A stretch of DNA of 34,164 nucleotides from a virus (Duplodnaviria > Heunggongvirae > Uroviricota > Caudoviricetes > Crassvirales): the IMG/VR virus record IMGVR_UViG_2974732849_000001, one strand, 5' to 3'. A program made the translations under genes and the position numbers. Positions 15,789 through 24,540 of this stretch are shown piece by piece; within the stretch, counting starts at the first letter, position 1, and every line of letters starts with the position of its first letter. The notes under the pieces are model-generated. The model made no database searches and was not told the origin of the DNA. It worked only from the letters and a program-made list of their open reading frames with translations.

Positions 15789-17495
15789 ATGAGTGCAAAA
15801 GGTAAAGAGTTTAAAGTAAATGTATCTACCAACAGAGCTACTGCAATAAGTAGCTCTGCTGGCAGTTACCCTAATGTGTTGTATTTCCCTATAGATGATG
15901 ATAATGTCATCATATTTAATGGGAACATATATGATTGGAATGCAAGTGTAACTTCCCCTAAGTTAATCTCCTCAGGAGACCTGAATACATATAGGGGAAC
16001 TCAATATTTAGGTGTTTATTATGCCAATTATGGCAATAGTATAAGTAATAAACCTTCTGGAGTATCACAGTTTGCATTACATGTGCTCTTGGAGAATAAT
16101 GACTCTTCGACTATACAGGTACTTTATTCAAAAAACAAGATATATACTAGAGCTTATGAGTCATCTTCTTGGTCTTCTTGGACTGAGATTGGTGCAGGAG
16201 GTATAACTTCTATACCTCAAGCTTCTAGTTCAGCATTAGGAGGTATAAAGATAGGGTACTCTGATGGTGGCAGGAATTATGCTGTAGAGTTGGATAGTTC
16301 TGGTAAGGCTTATGTTAATGTACCATGGACAGATACAAATACAATATATAATGTTGCTACTACTAGTGCCAATGGACTTATGAGTTCCAGTGATAAGTCC
16401 AAGCTTAATGGAATCCAAGCAGGTGCAGATGCTGTGTCATTCAGCAGGTCTTTGTCTTCAGGTACAAAGATAGGCACCATCAATATTAATGGTGTCAATA
16501 CTGACATATATGCTCCAACAGCAGGAGAGCCAGTTGAGTATGGAGTAGCTACTTCAACTACACTAGGATTGGTTAGGATTGGGTATCCTGAGAGTGGCAA
16601 GAATTATCCTGTTGAGCTTAATTCCTCAAATCAGATGTATGTCAATGTCCCTTGGACTGACAATAACACAACTTACTCAGCAGGAGCTGGACTTAGTTTA
16701 TCAGGAACAGCTTTCTCCCTAGTGAAGGCAACACCTACTACACTAGGTGGTGTAAAGGTATCCAGCACTGAGATTAGCACAGTATCTACTGTTGCTGCTA
16801 CTATTTTTGGTTCACAGAACAGAATATATCCTGTCCAGCTTGCTTATCCATCAGGTAGTGCAGGAATAGATGGTAATAAGGTACTTTCAGTGTATGTTCC
16901 TTGGGAGAATACTACTTATAGTGTAGTAAGTACCTCAAAGAATGGGTTAGTCAGTATGGATTCTGCATTGGCAGAGCTAGCCTACGAAGATAAGGATGCT
17001 GGTAACCTAGGTTCTCTTGCTAGATTTGGAGAGATGGGCATGTTGGAGGTTTCAACAATTGTGGAAGATGACTTAGCTCTGGTTAATAAGAGTAATAGCT
17101 GGACAGCATATCAGGACTTTAAGTCAGGTGCTGGTAATTCAGGCTCTGATATGAGATTCAAAAGGGAAGTCACATGTATGCCTGATGTGCTGGATAATCT
17201 GATGTCATTAAATGTCATAAAGTATATATGGGAACACCCTGATGAAAATGGTATAAGATGCACTTTTGGTGTGAAAGCTGACCAGCTTCTGTCACTAGGT
17301 GGTGTATATGCTACTATGGTCCACAGCAGAGCTGATAAATATGATACCAAGTGGGTAGAATATGATAGATTTGGTGTGCTGGCAATCAAGGCATTACAGG
17401 AGGTTGTAATGAGGAACAAGCAACTGGAGAGCAGGATAGAATATCTTGAGGATACGATAAATTCTATGAGAAGAGTATGGGAAGAGAATTCATGA
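15789..17495 (+). CDS. Tail fibre with knob-like domain, three internal repeats and C-terminal intramolecular chaperone (peptidase S74-like)
   Basis: GDLNTY...IYTRAY...WSSWTEI knob; LGxIKIGY...NYxVEL...YVNVPWTD repeats; SDMRFKRE...VEYDRFGVLAIKALQE chaperone. Confidence 0.85.
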   Translation: MSAKGKEFKVNVSTNRATAISSSAGSYPNVLYFPIDDDNVIIFNGNIYDWNASVTSPKLISSGDLNTYRGTQYLGVYYANYGNSISNKPSGVSQFALHVLLENNDSSTIQVLYSKNKIYTRAYESSSWSSWTEIGAGGITSIPQASSSALGGIKIGYSDGGRNYAVELDSSGKAYVNVPWTDTNTIYNVATTSANGLMSSSDKSKLNGIQAGADAVSFSRSLSSGTKIGTININGVNTDIYAPTAGEPVEYGVATSTTLGLVRIGYPESGKNYPVELNSSNQMYVNVPWTDNNTTYSAGAGLSLSGTAFSLVKATPTTLGGVKVSSTEISTVSTVAATIFGSQNRIYPVQLAYPSGSAGIDGNKVLSVYVPWENTTYSVVSTSKNGLVSMDSALAELAYEDKDAGNLGSLARFGEMGMLEVSTIVEDDLALVNKSNSWTAYQDFKSGAGNSGSDMRFKREVTCMPDVLDNLMSLNVIKYIWEHPDENGIRCTFGVKADQLLSLGGVYATMVHSRADKYDTKWVEYDRFGVLAIKALQEVVMRNKQLESRIEYLEDTINSMRRVWEENS

Positions 17496-18307
17496 CACAA
17501 ATAGAGGCAGTAGAGAAGGTAGGAGGTTCCTTACCTTCTGCTACAAAACGATTTTGTACAGCCTCTTGGCTTGCAGGCCATTCTGGTATATTTGATACCA
17601 ACTCCCTACAAGGGTATGAAGCAAAAGACTTTGTGAGTGAAATGCATATAAAGCCTGCTATAGTAACAACTAAATATGAAATAACAATTCCTGAGGTGAG
17701 GGTTTCTTTTGGATTTGAAAGTGGCACTCCTCAAGGATTTACATATCTTAGTGACTCTGACCAATTATCACAGACTAAGGCAGTCTTATGTGCAGTACCT
17801 GTTGATGGTGGTCAGATTTCTTCAAGTGTATATACTCCTACTAATGGTGGTAGAGATGACAATTATAGTGCACAGTATATGCTATTCTCAGGCATGAAAA
17901 TATCTGTTGTTGCAGGCACCTCACTAGCTAGGTTATACATAGTATTGTATAATGACCAAAATACCATGGTTCAGTATAATAATAAGAGCATTACCAATCT
18001 TATGTCAGGTAACAACATATATAAGCTGGCTAATGCTATTATGAGAAATACTTCTGTTTACAGTAGCCTGTTTAATGGTGCAAATTACACAAAGACACAA
18101 GCAATAGGTGATTCTAATGGTAATGCTACTAATTCTGTGTGGTGTGCTATGCTTCCATTGACAGATGATGGAAAATCTAATGGGAGTTATTCAGTAGGTT
18201 CAAGCATGGAGACACCTCCCACTAATGTCAATTCTAATCAGCAATTATACAACTTCAAGGGTTCTATAGTTTACAACAAATTAAGTTCATTTACTCCAAC
18301 TACATAG
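17477..18307 (+). CDS. Putative tail-fibre-associated protein
   Basis: ORF track; overlaps the chaperone gene end; S/T/N-rich, beta-type composition. Confidence 0.55.
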   Translation: MGREFMTQIEAVEKVGGSLPSATKRFCTASWLAGHSGIFDTNSLQGYEAKDFVSEMHIKPAIVTTKYEITIPEVRVSFGFESGTPQGFTYLSDSDQLSQTKAVLCAVPVDGGQISSSVYTPTNGGRDDNYSAQYMLFSGMKISVVAGTSLARLYIVLYNDQNTMVQYNNKSITNLMSGNNIYKLANAIMRNTSVYSSLFNGANYTKTQAIGDSNGNATNSVWCAMLPLTDDGKSNGSYSVGSSMETPPTNVNSNQQLYNFKGSIVYNKLSSFTPTT

Positions 18308-18309
18308 CT

Positions 18310-18924
18310 ATGAGAAAGATATTAGTAAGTATTATATCAGTGATTATGCTGGCTTCCATATCCTGTTCCATGTATTACTGCAATGGGTATAAGAAAATAT
18401 CTGATGAGTTGGCTGTTGCAGTGAATAACAATAAGGCATACTCCTTGGAGAACAGTTCCCTGAAGAAGGAAAATAGAGTGTATAAGCTAACTGCTGAGCA
18501 GCTTGAGTATTACAGTGATTCCATTACTGTTGAAATGGACAGGATTAGAAAGGAGTTGAAGATAAAGGATAAGGATTTGCAATACTTACAATATCTGTTA
18601 TCTACATCAGAAAGGATAGATACTGTTACTTTCCAAGATACCATATTCAGTGAAACAACATTTCATGTTGATACTCTGATTGGGGATAAATGGTATCAGT
18701 TGAAGCTGGGAATGAAATTTCCCAATGTCATTGCAGTGCATCCTAAATTTGTAAGTGAGAAATACATAGTTACACATAGCAAGAAAGAGACTGTAAATCC
18801 TCCTAAGAAATTTTTTCTGTTTAGATGGTTTCAGAAGAAACATAGAGTAGTGGAAGTTACTATTGTGGAAAATAGTCCTTATGTGAATAATAAGCAGCAA
18901 AAATTTATTGAAATAATTAAATGA
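18310..18924 (+). CDS. Putative spanin/Rz-like lysis protein
   Basis: N-terminal hydrophobic anchor then long coiled coil; adjacent to holin- and endolysin-like genes. Confidence 0.5.
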   Translation: MRKILVSIISVIMLASISCSMYYCNGYKKISDELAVAVNNNKAYSLENSSLKKENRVYKLTAEQLEYYSDSITVEMDRIRKELKIKDKDLQYLQYLLSTSERIDTVTFQDTIFSETTFHVDTLIGDKWYQLKLGMKFPNVIAVHPKFVSEKYIVTHSKKETVNPPKKFFLFRWFQKKHRVVEVTIVENSPYVNNKQQKFIEIIK

Positions 18925-18925
18925 C

Positions 18926-19306
18926 ATGATTGACCTAGGTATATTAATTACTGGAGGAGTAGGGATAATAACCACAGTAATCAGTGGTTGGACTTCTTGG
19001 TTCTTTGCAAGAAGAAAGTATAATAGTGAGGTAGATAATAACCTCATAGAGAACATGCAGCAGTCTTTGGAGTTTTATAAGAAGTTGTCTGACGACAACA
19101 AGAACAGGCTTGACGAGGTTCTTAAAAGAAATGCAGAGCTGGAACAGGAGATAAGGGATTTAAGGAAGCAGATGTTCAGTCTCATGAACTCCATCTGTAC
19201 TGACCTTACTTGTCAGTTGAGGAAAAGAAACTTGAATTTATTTAATGAGCAAAATGGAACTGATAGTAGACAGGAAATGGAAGAAACAGAGTTACACGAT
19301 AAGTAA
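18926..19306 (+). CDS. Putative holin-like membrane protein
   Basis: Single N-terminal TM segment (LGILITGGVGIITTVISGW) plus coiled coil; in lysis module. Confidence 0.55.
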   Translation: MIDLGILITGGVGIITTVISGWTSWFFARRKYNSEVDNNLIENMQQSLEFYKKLSDDNKNRLDEVLKRNAELEQEIRDLRKQMFSLMNSICTDLTCQLRKRNLNLFNEQNGTDSRQEMEETELHDK

Positions 19307-19718
19307 CCTACTTGTAGATGGGAAGTGGTTCTGTAATGTACTTGAAGACACTGATAGAGGATTAGATGACAGCATGAGTGTCGCTAAAATCAAATCCTTA
19401 AAGAAATCAGGCATTACAGCAATCCCTAGTGGAACTTATGATGTAACTTTAGATGTATATAGCCCTAAGTTTGGGCCTAAATCTTTCTACAAAGAAACAT
19501 GCAATGGCAAATTACCCAGACTTCTTAATGTAAAGGGGTTTGATGGTATCCTTATACATGCAGGTAATACAGATAAGGATACTTCGGGATGTCTCTTGGT
19601 AGGTGTAAACTCTGAAGTTGGTAAGGTTCTGAATAGTCAGGATACATTCAGGAAGCTATATAAGCTACTTCAAGAGGGCAAGAATAGAGGTGAGAAAATA
19701 ACCATAAAAATTCTATGA
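19245..19718 (+). CDS. Putative endolysin (DUF5675-like)
   Basis: FCNVLED...AIPSGTY...ILIHAGNTDKDTSGCLLVG His/Cys motif. Confidence 0.7.
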   Translation: MSKMELIVDRKWKKQSYTISNLLVDGKWFCNVLEDTDRGLDDSMSVAKIKSLKKSGITAIPSGTYDVTLDVYSPKFGPKSFYKETCNGKLPRLLNVKGFDGILIHAGNTDKDTSGCLLVGVNSEVGKVLNSQDTFRKLYKLLQEGKNRGEKITIKIL

Positions 19719-19719
19719 T

Positions 19720-19773
19720 ATGGCAAAGAAGTGTGGTTGCAAAGGAAAAGGTAAGAACAATAGAGGTAAATGA
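19720..19773 (+). CDS. 17-aa basic peptide MAKKCGCKGKGKNNRGK
   Basis: Hand translation; fills the gap exactly (1 nt after endolysin stop, 2 nt before next ATG). Confidence 0.45.
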   Translation: MAKKCGCKGKGKNNRGK

Positions 19774-19775
19774 TT

Positions 19776-20031
19776 ATGGATGCAAGAATAGTTTCAAATC
19801 AAGTTATAAATAGCCTTCAAATATCTGTACTGAAGGAGGTGCCTTCAGGGGAACTTCAATCCCGGAGTCAACTTCCTACTGAAGAATATATCTGATGATG
19901 ATGTGGAGGTTACTATAATTCCAGCAGGACAAAAGGATAGCATAAAGACTATTCTAGGTGTTGGATGGAATCCAGAGATATGTAAAGGTGTTATAAATGC
20001 TCCTTCAGGAGTTCTTCAATATGGATATTAA
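19776..20031 (+). pseudogene. Head-fibre-like gene interrupted by a +1 frameshift at GGGG 19848-19851
   Basis: Removing one G yields 84 aa MDARIVSNQVINSLQISVLKEVPSGNFNPGVNFLLKNIS...GWNPEIC...LQYGY, ending 3 nt before the DGR target. Confidence 0.75.
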
Positions 20032-20034
20032 AAT

Positions 20035-22131
20035 ATGGCAACAGCAATTATAGGTACATTAAAGCATCTTCCTAAGGCATCAATACTGCCTACTTTACCA
20101 GAGACAGGTAGACCTAACAGGATATATTTTATCCCCAATGAAGACCCTACAGAAGATAATAGGTATAATGAATATCTATGGGTAAAGGATGAGACTTATC
20201 CTGATGGCCATTGGGAGCTTGTTGGCCCTACCACAATAGACCTGACTGATTATGCCACTAAGGAAGAGGTAAGTGATTTGAAAGACTCCATAGGTGAGCA
20301 AATAAAGAAGTATTTGCCCTTATCAGGAGGTACAATGGATAAGGGCAGCAACATATCCTTCCCATTAGATAGTGGGAGTACTGTGTATAATGGTTCTGGA
20401 ATATCAGTGGGTGGCAAAGCCAGTACTGACATCCTACATGCAGCAGGAGGCACTACTAAAATCAAGACCTTGAATGGAGAATCTATGTTAGGAGAAGGTA
20501 ATATTGTAATAGACCCTTCAAGTGTTCCAGTATCTTTAAGCTGGTATAATAGGACTAGCAGTCAGCAGGATGCCACAATAAACCTGACAATTGGAGATAC
20601 CACAGTAAACCTATTCCCTAATATATTCAAATTATTTAAGGCTGGTAAAGTTTCCACTTCCGAGTCCCTTAGTATAGAACTTACTGCTAATCCTGGGGTA
20701 AGTGGGGTACCACAAGTTCCTACCTCATTATGCCAGTGGAGCATACCTTTGGCTGACAGTAATACCGCAGGTATTATATCAAGTGAGGATAAGGCTAAGT
20801 TAGATAACCTATCTGACCCAAAGAATTTGCTAGCTTATGGTGTGGAATGGGATTCTACCAACAGTAGCCCTGTACTTACTAGAATAGGTAACATGAGCCT
20901 GCATAAGTCTCTCCCAATACAATCAGCATTAAGAGGATGTGTATGCCAAGGTAAAAGGATAATGTATTATTTGGACCCAAATGACTGGTCTAAGAAAGCA
21001 GATGGTACAGATTCCAGATTGGATGGATATGATGGTACTGTACAGGTAGAAGTACCTGAATTTTATTTGTGGTCTGAAACGGAAGGAACCAAATCCAGAG
21101 TATATGTGTCTACCCAAAAAGTAGTTCCTTATGCTATAAGGATTCCTCATATGTTGGTAGATGCTTATAGGAGTACTGTACTTAATGAAGTGCCTGAGGA
21201 TATGGGCTATTTATCTACACTTCAAGTAAATAGTGCTATTTCAGTTGTAAATACCTCTTCTTATTGTAGAGGAGGAAATAATAGCTCTAGCAGTGATACC
21301 TACTTGGAATCGGATAAATTCAGGACTAATTTAGGAAAACCTAGAACAAACACTAGTAGGGCAAACTTCAGAACTTATGCCAAAAATGCTGGCAAGATGT
21401 TGCTTACTTATGAGTACTACAAATCAATATTCTATTGGTTGTATGTTATAGAATATGCAAACTTCAATAGTCAGGCAAACTATGTTGAAGATTTGACTGA
21501 AGATGGATATAGACAGGGAGGGCTTGGCAATGGAGTTACTACTTGGAGTGATACTGTTTGGAATACTTATAATGGCAGATGCCCAATAACTCCATGTGGG
21601 TATTGTAATGAGTTTGGTAACTTTACTGGAATTAAGGACTTGGTAATTCCTGCTTCAGATGGTATCAGTACCGTAACTTTCAAAGTACCAAGGTGGAGAG
21701 GATTTGATAACGTGTTTGGAGATATTTGGACTAATCTGGATGGTATCCTAATAGATACTCCTGTCGGTGCCAGTGAGTCCACACCAAACTATGTGTATAT
21801 TATAAATGACCCTGATAAGTTCACTGATACTTTGTCAGATGCACCTACCAATGCGGATAGAGTAGTAGTATCAGGACATACAGGAGGGTATATTACAAAG
21901 TGGGCATTAGGGGAGTATGCAGATATAATACCTGTTAGTGTTGGCGGTTCTGCAACTACTTATATGTGTGACCGTTACTGGGTAGATTACGATGATACTC
22001 AGAATACGCTACTGGTTGGTGGCAGGGCTGGTTATGGTTCTACTGCTGGCTTGGCTGGCTTCCTTTCTTCTTCTGGTTCGGGTTTTGTTGTTACCCATGT
22101 CGGCTTTAGGTGCTTAACACTGATAAGCTGA
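20035..22131 (+). CDS. DGR target protein: fibre-like N-terminus and C-type-lectin-fold variable domain
   Basis: KYLPLSGGTM fibre motif; YGVEWD...TRIGNMSLH...VEVPEFY; RGFDNVFGDIWTNLDG; terminal LLVGGxAxxGSxAGL...VGFR typical of DGR variable proteins. Confidence 0.88.
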   Translation: MATAIIGTLKHLPKASILPTLPETGRPNRIYFIPNEDPTEDNRYNEYLWVKDETYPDGHWELVGPTTIDLTDYATKEEVSDLKDSIGEQIKKYLPLSGGTMDKGSNISFPLDSGSTVYNGSGISVGGKASTDILHAAGGTTKIKTLNGESMLGEGNIVIDPSSVPVSLSWYNRTSSQQDATINLTIGDTTVNLFPNIFKLFKAGKVSTSESLSIELTANPGVSGVPQVPTSLCQWSIPLADSNTAGIISSEDKAKLDNLSDPKNLLAYGVEWDSTNSSPVLTRIGNMSLHKSLPIQSALRGCVCQGKRIMYYLDPNDWSKKADGTDSRLDGYDGTVQVEVPEFYLWSETEGTKSRVYVSTQKVVPYAIRIPHMLVDAYRSTVLNEVPEDMGYLSTLQVNSAISVVNTSSYCRGGNNSSSSDTYLESDKFRTNLGKPRTNTSRANFRTYAKNAGKMLLTYEYYKSIFYWLYVIEYANFNSQANYVEDLTEDGYRQGGLGNGVTTWSDTVWNTYNGRCPITPCGYCNEFGNFTGIKDLVIPASDGISTVTFKVPRWRGFDNVFGDIWTNLDGILIDTPVGASESTPNYVYIINDPDKFTDTLSDAPTNADRVVVSGHTGGYITKWALGEYADIIPVSVGGSATTYMCDRYWVDYDDTQNTLLVGGRAGYGSTAGLAGFLSSSGSGFVVTHVGFRCLTLIS
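22012..22107 (+). other. DGR variable region (VR)
   Basis: Only 5 A in 96 nt (counted); variable codons mostly NNT/NNC, as expected from mutagenised AAY codons. Confidence 0.8.
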
Positions 22132-22162
22132 TTTGATAAAGAAAAGAAAATCATAGTTTCAC

Positions 22163-22546
22163 TTGGATATTACCAAGTTTTATCCATCAATAGACCATAA
22201 CATATTGAAATCCATAATTTCTCGTAAGATAAAGGACACTAAGGTGCTTGAGATTCTGTATGAGATTATAGATTCAGTGAACGGAATTAATGGGATATAT
22301 GGTAAAGGAGTTCCTATTGGTAATTACCTATCCCAATACTTTGCAAACTTGTATCTGACAGGTTTTGACCATTGGTGTAAAGAGGAATTAAAGTGCAGGT
22401 ATTACTATAGATATGCAGATGATATAGTAATATTAGGTGAGTCAAAGGCTCACTTAAGGAATGTGCTTGTTGCCATAAAGTTGTATCTTAAACATGTATT
22501 GAAACTTGGTGTAAAAGGGAACTATCAGATATTCCCAATGGAATAG
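22163..22546 (+). pseudogene. Truncated DGR-type reverse transcriptase (catalytic core only)
   Basis: LDITKFYPSIDH, GVPIGNYLSQYFANLYL, YYRYADDIVIL, NYQIFP; N-terminal motifs and GIDFLGY/thumb absent; in-frame TAG 6 nt before the TTG start. Confidence 0.9.
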
Positions 22547-22686
22547 ATAACCTAAGGAAATATATAGAACAAAGAATTAAGTTGGTCTAAGAAAGTTCTG
22601 GATGACTTTGTCAAGAAGAGTAGAAGTACTCAAGGATTGCTTAATAGCTTTGGTGGAATTTATTGAAGTAATTAGGAGAAGAAGAT

Positions 22687-23028
22687 ATGATAACTCAAAG
22701 AAAGACTATAATACCCATATTCAATTATAAGCTTACCATAGTTATATTTGATAGATGGGAAGAGTTGGAAGGAAGTATACCTCAGGATGAAATGGATACA
22801 GAAGCAAATGCTATTACCATAAGTGCATATGGAGCATCCTTAGTAGCTGTTAATTCAAGAAGAGGAAGTAGCATAGTCCATGAGGCTGAGCATATAAAGA
22901 ATCATATATGGCAGTATATAGGATACACCCCTCAGAGAGATAATGATGAGGTGGATGCATACTTGCTGACTTACATATATGATAAGATAACACAAGTATT
23001 TTATAAGCATAAAGACAATAAGGAGTAA
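22687..23028 (+). CDS. Small HExxH metalloprotease-like protein
   Basis: IVHEAEH...DEVDAYLL zinc-site pattern. Confidence 0.6.
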   Translation: MITQRKTIIPIFNYKLTIVIFDRWEELEGSIPQDEMDTEANAITISAYGASLVAVNSRRGSSIVHEAEHIKNHIWQYIGYTPQRDNDEVDAYLLTYIYDKITQVFYKHKDNKE

Positions 23029-23034
23029 TATAGC

Positions 23035-23063
23035 AGGAGGTAATTATTACCTCCTTTTTTTTT
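23035..23063 (+). terminator. Intrinsic terminator
   Basis: AGGAGGTAA-TTA-TTACCTCCT followed by a T-run. Confidence 0.9.
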
Positions 23064-23081
23064 GTACATATGTTACTAAGT

Positions 23082-23118
23082 TAAAGCCCTGTATATTAAT
23101 CATATATACAGGGCTTTA
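23082..23118. repeat. Perfect 15-bp inverted repeat upstream of P5
   Basis: TAAAGCCCTGTATAT / ATATACAGGGCTTTA with 7-nt spacer. Confidence 0.9.
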
Positions 23119-23123
23119 GTATT

Positions 23124-23156
23124 GTTGTGCTTCTTGGATAATAGCTAGTATCTTTG
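23124..23156 (+). promoter_or_regulatory. Bacteroidota promoter P5
   Basis: GTTG (23124-23127) and TATCTTTG (23149-23156). Confidence 0.7.
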
Positions 23157-23204
23157 CATAGTAAGCTTACATGATAAACAATAATTAATTTCAAAATTGC
23201 CACT

Positions 23205-23984
23205 ATGGAGATAATTGAGAAGCAAGTAGAGAAGGTAAAGGAAGTACCTGCTGATAATTATGGATATAATTATGGTAGGAGAGACATCAATGGCAAAGCA
23301 AATGCAGGTCTGACTCTAGGTATTATAGGTACTGCTCTTGGTGCTTGGGCATTATTTGGTGGAAGAAGAAGTGCCAGTCTGTTGGGAGGAACAGGAACTG
23401 GGAGTGGTGCAGATGCTAATATAGCAATAGCTACTTGTGGTGGTTCTGCAAATGGAGTAAATGCTCCTACTGCATTCCAAGCATGGGAAAAAGAGTGTGA
23501 GGATACACTTGCTTTGCAAGCAGGTATCTATAACTTGGCCATGACATATCAGAACAACAGATTTGCTGATAGACAACAGCTTAATAGTGAGTTGTTTAGT
23601 GCATGGAAGTCTCAAATAGATGCAGACTTTGGCCTGTATAAGTCTACAAGAGACGGATTTGATGTGCTATCTGCAAAGCAGAATCAGGATGCCTTCAATC
23701 TGTATAAGTCTCAGAGAGATTCTGACGATGAAATCAGAAAGGAATTAAGTGACCTTAAGGCTCAGGTAGCTATCAATGCTGCTGTAAGACCTTACCAAGA
23801 TAAGCTTATCCAATGTGAAATTGATAAAGCCTTTACTGCTGGTATTAACTATACTGACAGAAAGACTTGCAAGGCTATCTATGGTGAAGTATGTCTGCCT
23901 AACACTCCAGTGGTAACTGGATATGTTGGTGCAAACCAATGTGGTTGTCCAAGAGTGGTAACTGGTACTACTCCAACTGCATAA
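23205..23984 (+). CDS. Unknown protein: Gly-rich TM-like segment, coiled coil, Cys-rich tail
   Basis: AGLTLGIIGTALGAWALFGG; TCKAIYGEVCLP...QCGCP. Confidence 0.8.
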   Translation: MEIIEKQVEKVKEVPADNYGYNYGRRDINGKANAGLTLGIIGTALGAWALFGGRRSASLLGGTGTGSGADANIAIATCGGSANGVNAPTAFQAWEKECEDTLALQAGIYNLAMTYQNNRFADRQQLNSELFSAWKSQIDADFGLYKSTRDGFDVLSAKQNQDAFNLYKSQRDSDDEIRKELSDLKAQVAINAAVRPYQDKLIQCEIDKAFTAGINYTDRKTCKAIYGEVCLPNTPVVTGYVGANQCGCPRVVTGTTPTA

Positions 23985-24011
23985 AGTAAGGGGGCATTCC
24001 CCTTACTTTTT
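23983..24011 (+). terminator. Intrinsic terminator
   Basis: AAAGTAAGGGG-GCATT-CCCCTTACTTT followed by TT. Confidence 0.8.
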
Positions 24012-24037
24012 AGTACTAATCTCAAAATTATGTGATT

Positions 24038-24538
24038 ATGGTTCCAATAAATCAAGTCATATTAGGAGGAGACCCTCTGCTAGGCAGTAGTATGGTGGGT
24101 AATAGTCTTGATGAACAATTACAGCTTATTGAAAAGTATAAGCAAAACCTTGAAGCAGCAAAACAACTTAGACAACAAGTACAGCCAGTGCAACAACCTG
24201 CACAGCATAGGATGATATGGGATGACATAGATGCAGAGATAAACCCTATGTCAGATGAGCAGAAATCAAGACTGCTGCAAGACGAGGATTATGTAGATAC
24301 CTATACTAGGATACAGGATATGGTTCAGGCAGAAATTCTATCCCTTGTGAAAGGCAGGATTGAAGCCACCCCTGAGGGTAAGGAGCTTCTTCAGAGGCAA
24401 TTGAAGATAGTGAGAAGCCTGAAGAGTAAAATCATTCAGGATACTAATAGGGAAATGGAGATGTTCAGGAAGTTCAGAGAATTTAGTAAGGCACATCCTG
24501 AGGTAACTTATGATGAATTTATTAAAGCAAATATGTAG
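24038..24538 (+). CDS. Hypothetical helical protein (cassette gene 2; ATG 24038, track GTG 24032)
   Basis: ORF track; Q-rich linker, coiled coils. Confidence 0.75.
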   Translation: MVPINQVILGGDPLLGSSMVGNSLDEQLQLIEKYKQNLEAAKQLRQQVQPVQQPAQHRMIWDDIDAEINPMSDEQKSRLLQDEDYVDTYTRIQDMVQAEILSLVKGRIEATPEGKELLQRQLKIVRSLKSKIIQDTNREMEMFRKFREFSKAHPEVTYDEFIKANM

Positions 24539-24540
24539 CT

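Noticed and set aside
22163-22546. Group II intron or retron RT
   Set aside because: GVPIGNYLSQ is the DGR-type signature (group II has GxPQGxxxSP); no intron 5' GUGYG or domain V/VI, no msr/msd; adjacent CLec target
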